Shown here in pieces: positions 54,158 to 64,000 of a stretch of 64,000 nucleotides of DNA. Under the pieces are notes generated by a model. That model did not search any database. It saw nothing but the letters and a program-made list of their open reading frames with translations, and was not told the origin of the DNA. The DNA lies in the NCBI GenBank assembly GCA_964016885.1, contig OZ024741.1, positions 122,078,001 to 122,142,000 on the forward strand, given 5' to 3'. How positions within the stretch are numbered: the first letter of the stretch is position 1; every line of letters begins with the position of its first letter. The stretch is from Eledone cirrhosa. Its lineage: Eukaryota. The position numbers and the translations under genes are program-made.

Positions 54158-54391
54158 GCTTCCAAAGCAACATATCTACAAGCTCAATCCCTAACTGACC
54201 TGATTCCTGAACAAGTTGAAAGCAAATCTCAGACCATGGCACCACTAAGGAATTCAAATGACTTGATGATGTTGCGGTGAAGCTAACTCTGACCAATAGA
54301 TAATGGCCCTTTTGCTGATGAGGTGTGGCTGCTTATTCTAAGTCATATGTCACCGGTACTTTTTCTGTTTTTTTTTTGCGTTGGACTTCTA

Positions 54392-54439
54392 GCTGTCTGA
54401 TGAGGTCATAACCGTTATTACCGAAATATATATAACAGC
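54392..54439 (+). ncRNA. Type I hammerhead motif
   Basis: gctgt-CTGATGA-ggtcataaccgttattacc-GAAA-TATATA-TA-acagc. Confidence 0.85.
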
Positions 54440-54489
54440 AATTATGGATAAACGAAGTGAATTATAACCCGTTGACTTGTACTTCATGA

Positions 54490-54617
<128 letters not shown>

Positions 54618-54893
54618 TATACGAATAAATACATACATAAATATATGTATGTATATATTAGAAGTAGTAGTAGTAGTAGTAGCAATCAGCATGTTTGTGA
54701 GAAATTCCAACTAATTTTATGCAAATGCTTCCACTTTAATAGTTTTCACAAACACACGATACATATTTATGTACATTTCGCTAATAAGCAAGAATCCACA
54801 ACAGAATCAACTATTTAATATGTATATATATATATATATATATGTGTGTATGTATATGTGTGTATATGTGTGTTTGTGTGTGTGTGTCTATAA

Positions 54894-54950
<57 letters not shown>

Positions 54951-55939
54951 GTGTTTTTGTGTGACTCTAGTAGATCAAATACATACAGATATATCGTGGG
55001 GGCGTGGGAATATACAGCATTAAATTTCCCCCTCACGATTGAGAATTGCCTTACCTATATTACCAGAATGATTTACGATGATTCACCTACACAAAATTCT
55101 TAATGTCATTGAAGCATATCTTATATATTATTATCTAGCATAGTTCAACTGGCTGAAAACAATTCGTTAGTGATTCATCACACACTTGTGTATCTCAGTA
55201 TTTGTTTTCTATTAACTAACCAAACTAATTATAATTATTTCAATAACAATGACCTCCGACAATACAACCATTGGGTTACATTTATTAACCGAAAACAATT
55301 AACACCCAAGGGTATTTTCATTATTAATAATTGTTTCTACTTGAGGCACAAGGCCAGCAATTACCCAGTGCATTAATGTTTATTAATATTATTATTATTG
55401 TTATTATTACTATTATTTTTGTTGTTGTTGTTGTTGTTGTTGTCGTCGTTGTTTTTGTTGTTAATTAATAGATATTAATAGCATAAAGCCAATGATATTG
55501 AATGTTTAGTTACAAAAATCCAACTTGTTTTGATGGCAAAAGCTTGTTCGTTCCTTCATTCATTCATTCATTCATTCATTCATTCATTCATTCATTCATT
55601 CATACATTGACACACACACACACACACATATATATTTATATATATACATTCATATGTGAGTATGTGATTGTGAGTATGTGTGTGCGCAGGCACGTATGCA
55701 TTTATTAATGAATCAATACCTTACAATAGGCCGGCATTTATCAAAGGTACAAATTAAAAGTATTCTTAGATACCATGTATCTTTGTTCCATGAAAATGCT
55801 TTTCTGTAATAACAATAAAAGCTGTTGAATATATATACAACTGCAAGGTTGTCCATTCTTGCAATTGTGTCCATATTCAACACACACAAACACACACACA
55901 CACACACACACATCCACACCCCCGCCCCCCCCCCCACAC

Positions 55940-57689
<1,750 letters not shown>

Positions 57690-57703
57690 TATATATATAT
57701 ATA

Positions 57704-57818
<115 letters not shown>

Positions 57819-57847
57819 TTATATATATTTATATATATTTATATATA

Positions 57848-57956
<109 letters not shown>

Positions 57957-58254
57957 ATATATATTCATATATATATATATATATATATTCATATATATAT
58001 ATTCATATATATATATATATATTCATATATATATATATATATTCATATATATATATATATATTCATATATATATATATATTCATATATATATATATATAT
58101 TCATATATATATATATATATATATATATTCATATATATATATATATATATATATATTCATATATATATATATATATATATATATTCATATATATATATAT
58201 ATATATATATATTCATATATATATATATATATATATTCATATATATATATATAT

Positions 58255-63306
<5,052 letters not shown>

Positions 63307-63460
63307 TATAGACATAGAATATTCGAAAATATTCTGTATGTTTATAATAAACATTTTGAAGACCTAATCGCTATAGAATAGAATACGTCACGTATTACAA
63401 TATTCGAATATTCTATGTCTATATTCACATATATATCGCTATTTCAGAGCATTTATTCCA

Positions 63461-63545
<85 letters not shown>

Positions 63546-64000
63546 TATATATATATATTTGGGGAGGGTCATATTTGCGTAATATTGCCAGAATTAATAA
63601 CAGAACACACTCACTGTTTGGTTGGTTTTCGCTTCTCGCTGTCTTTTATATATATATATCTGCGATCTAACTTACTCGGTCCTCAATGTTGCCATTGACT
63701 GACCGGCGGTCAAAAATAATACAGATACAATATAGACAAACACATATATATATAGTTTACATAAATCTTTCGTTGCACATCTGCAACATCGTCAGTGGTG
63801 TTATATTCATTGTTCCTCCTGTTGTGTTGTATGTCTACGCCATTTTTTTTGTTCAGTCTGTCTATATATTTATTTATTTATTTGCTTGTTTGTTTATCTT
63901 ATTTTATTTTGTCTTCTTTGCGCATGCGTTTGCGTGTGTGTATAGTGTTATGTGTGATGTGTGACTAGTGTGTATAGTGTTGTCTGCTGGGTGACTAGTG

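Overview
AT-rich animal genomic DNA; the SINE and microsatellite content suggests a cephalopod such as octopus (inference). Most of the window appears to be intronic sequence of one + strand gene, of which three small phase-0 exons are visible (2987-3115, 33617-33670, 47195-47266; possibly spectrin-repeat/plakin-like). It is packed with (TA)n/(CA)n microsatellites and retroelements. These include several Penelope-like elements (RT plus GIY-YIG; Neptune-like and Naiad-like), R4/Dong-like and RTE LINE fragments, Helitron pieces and tRNA-derived SINEs. The dominant signal is more than 25 type I hammerhead ribozyme (HHR) motifs. They sit in Penelope termini and in two related, non-coding 420-470 bp repeat families. 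One family forms a 6.9-kb array of 469-bp units: 2 inverted plus about 12.6 direct, one HHR per unit. These repeats are inserted in (TA)n with the same head-to-head inversion architecture as the autonomous Penelope elements. They show compensatory base changes and a conserved octamer-containing block, which suggests a retrozyme-like (circular RNA) system mobilised by Penelope elements. The long Ile/Tyr ORFs are microsatellite artefacts.
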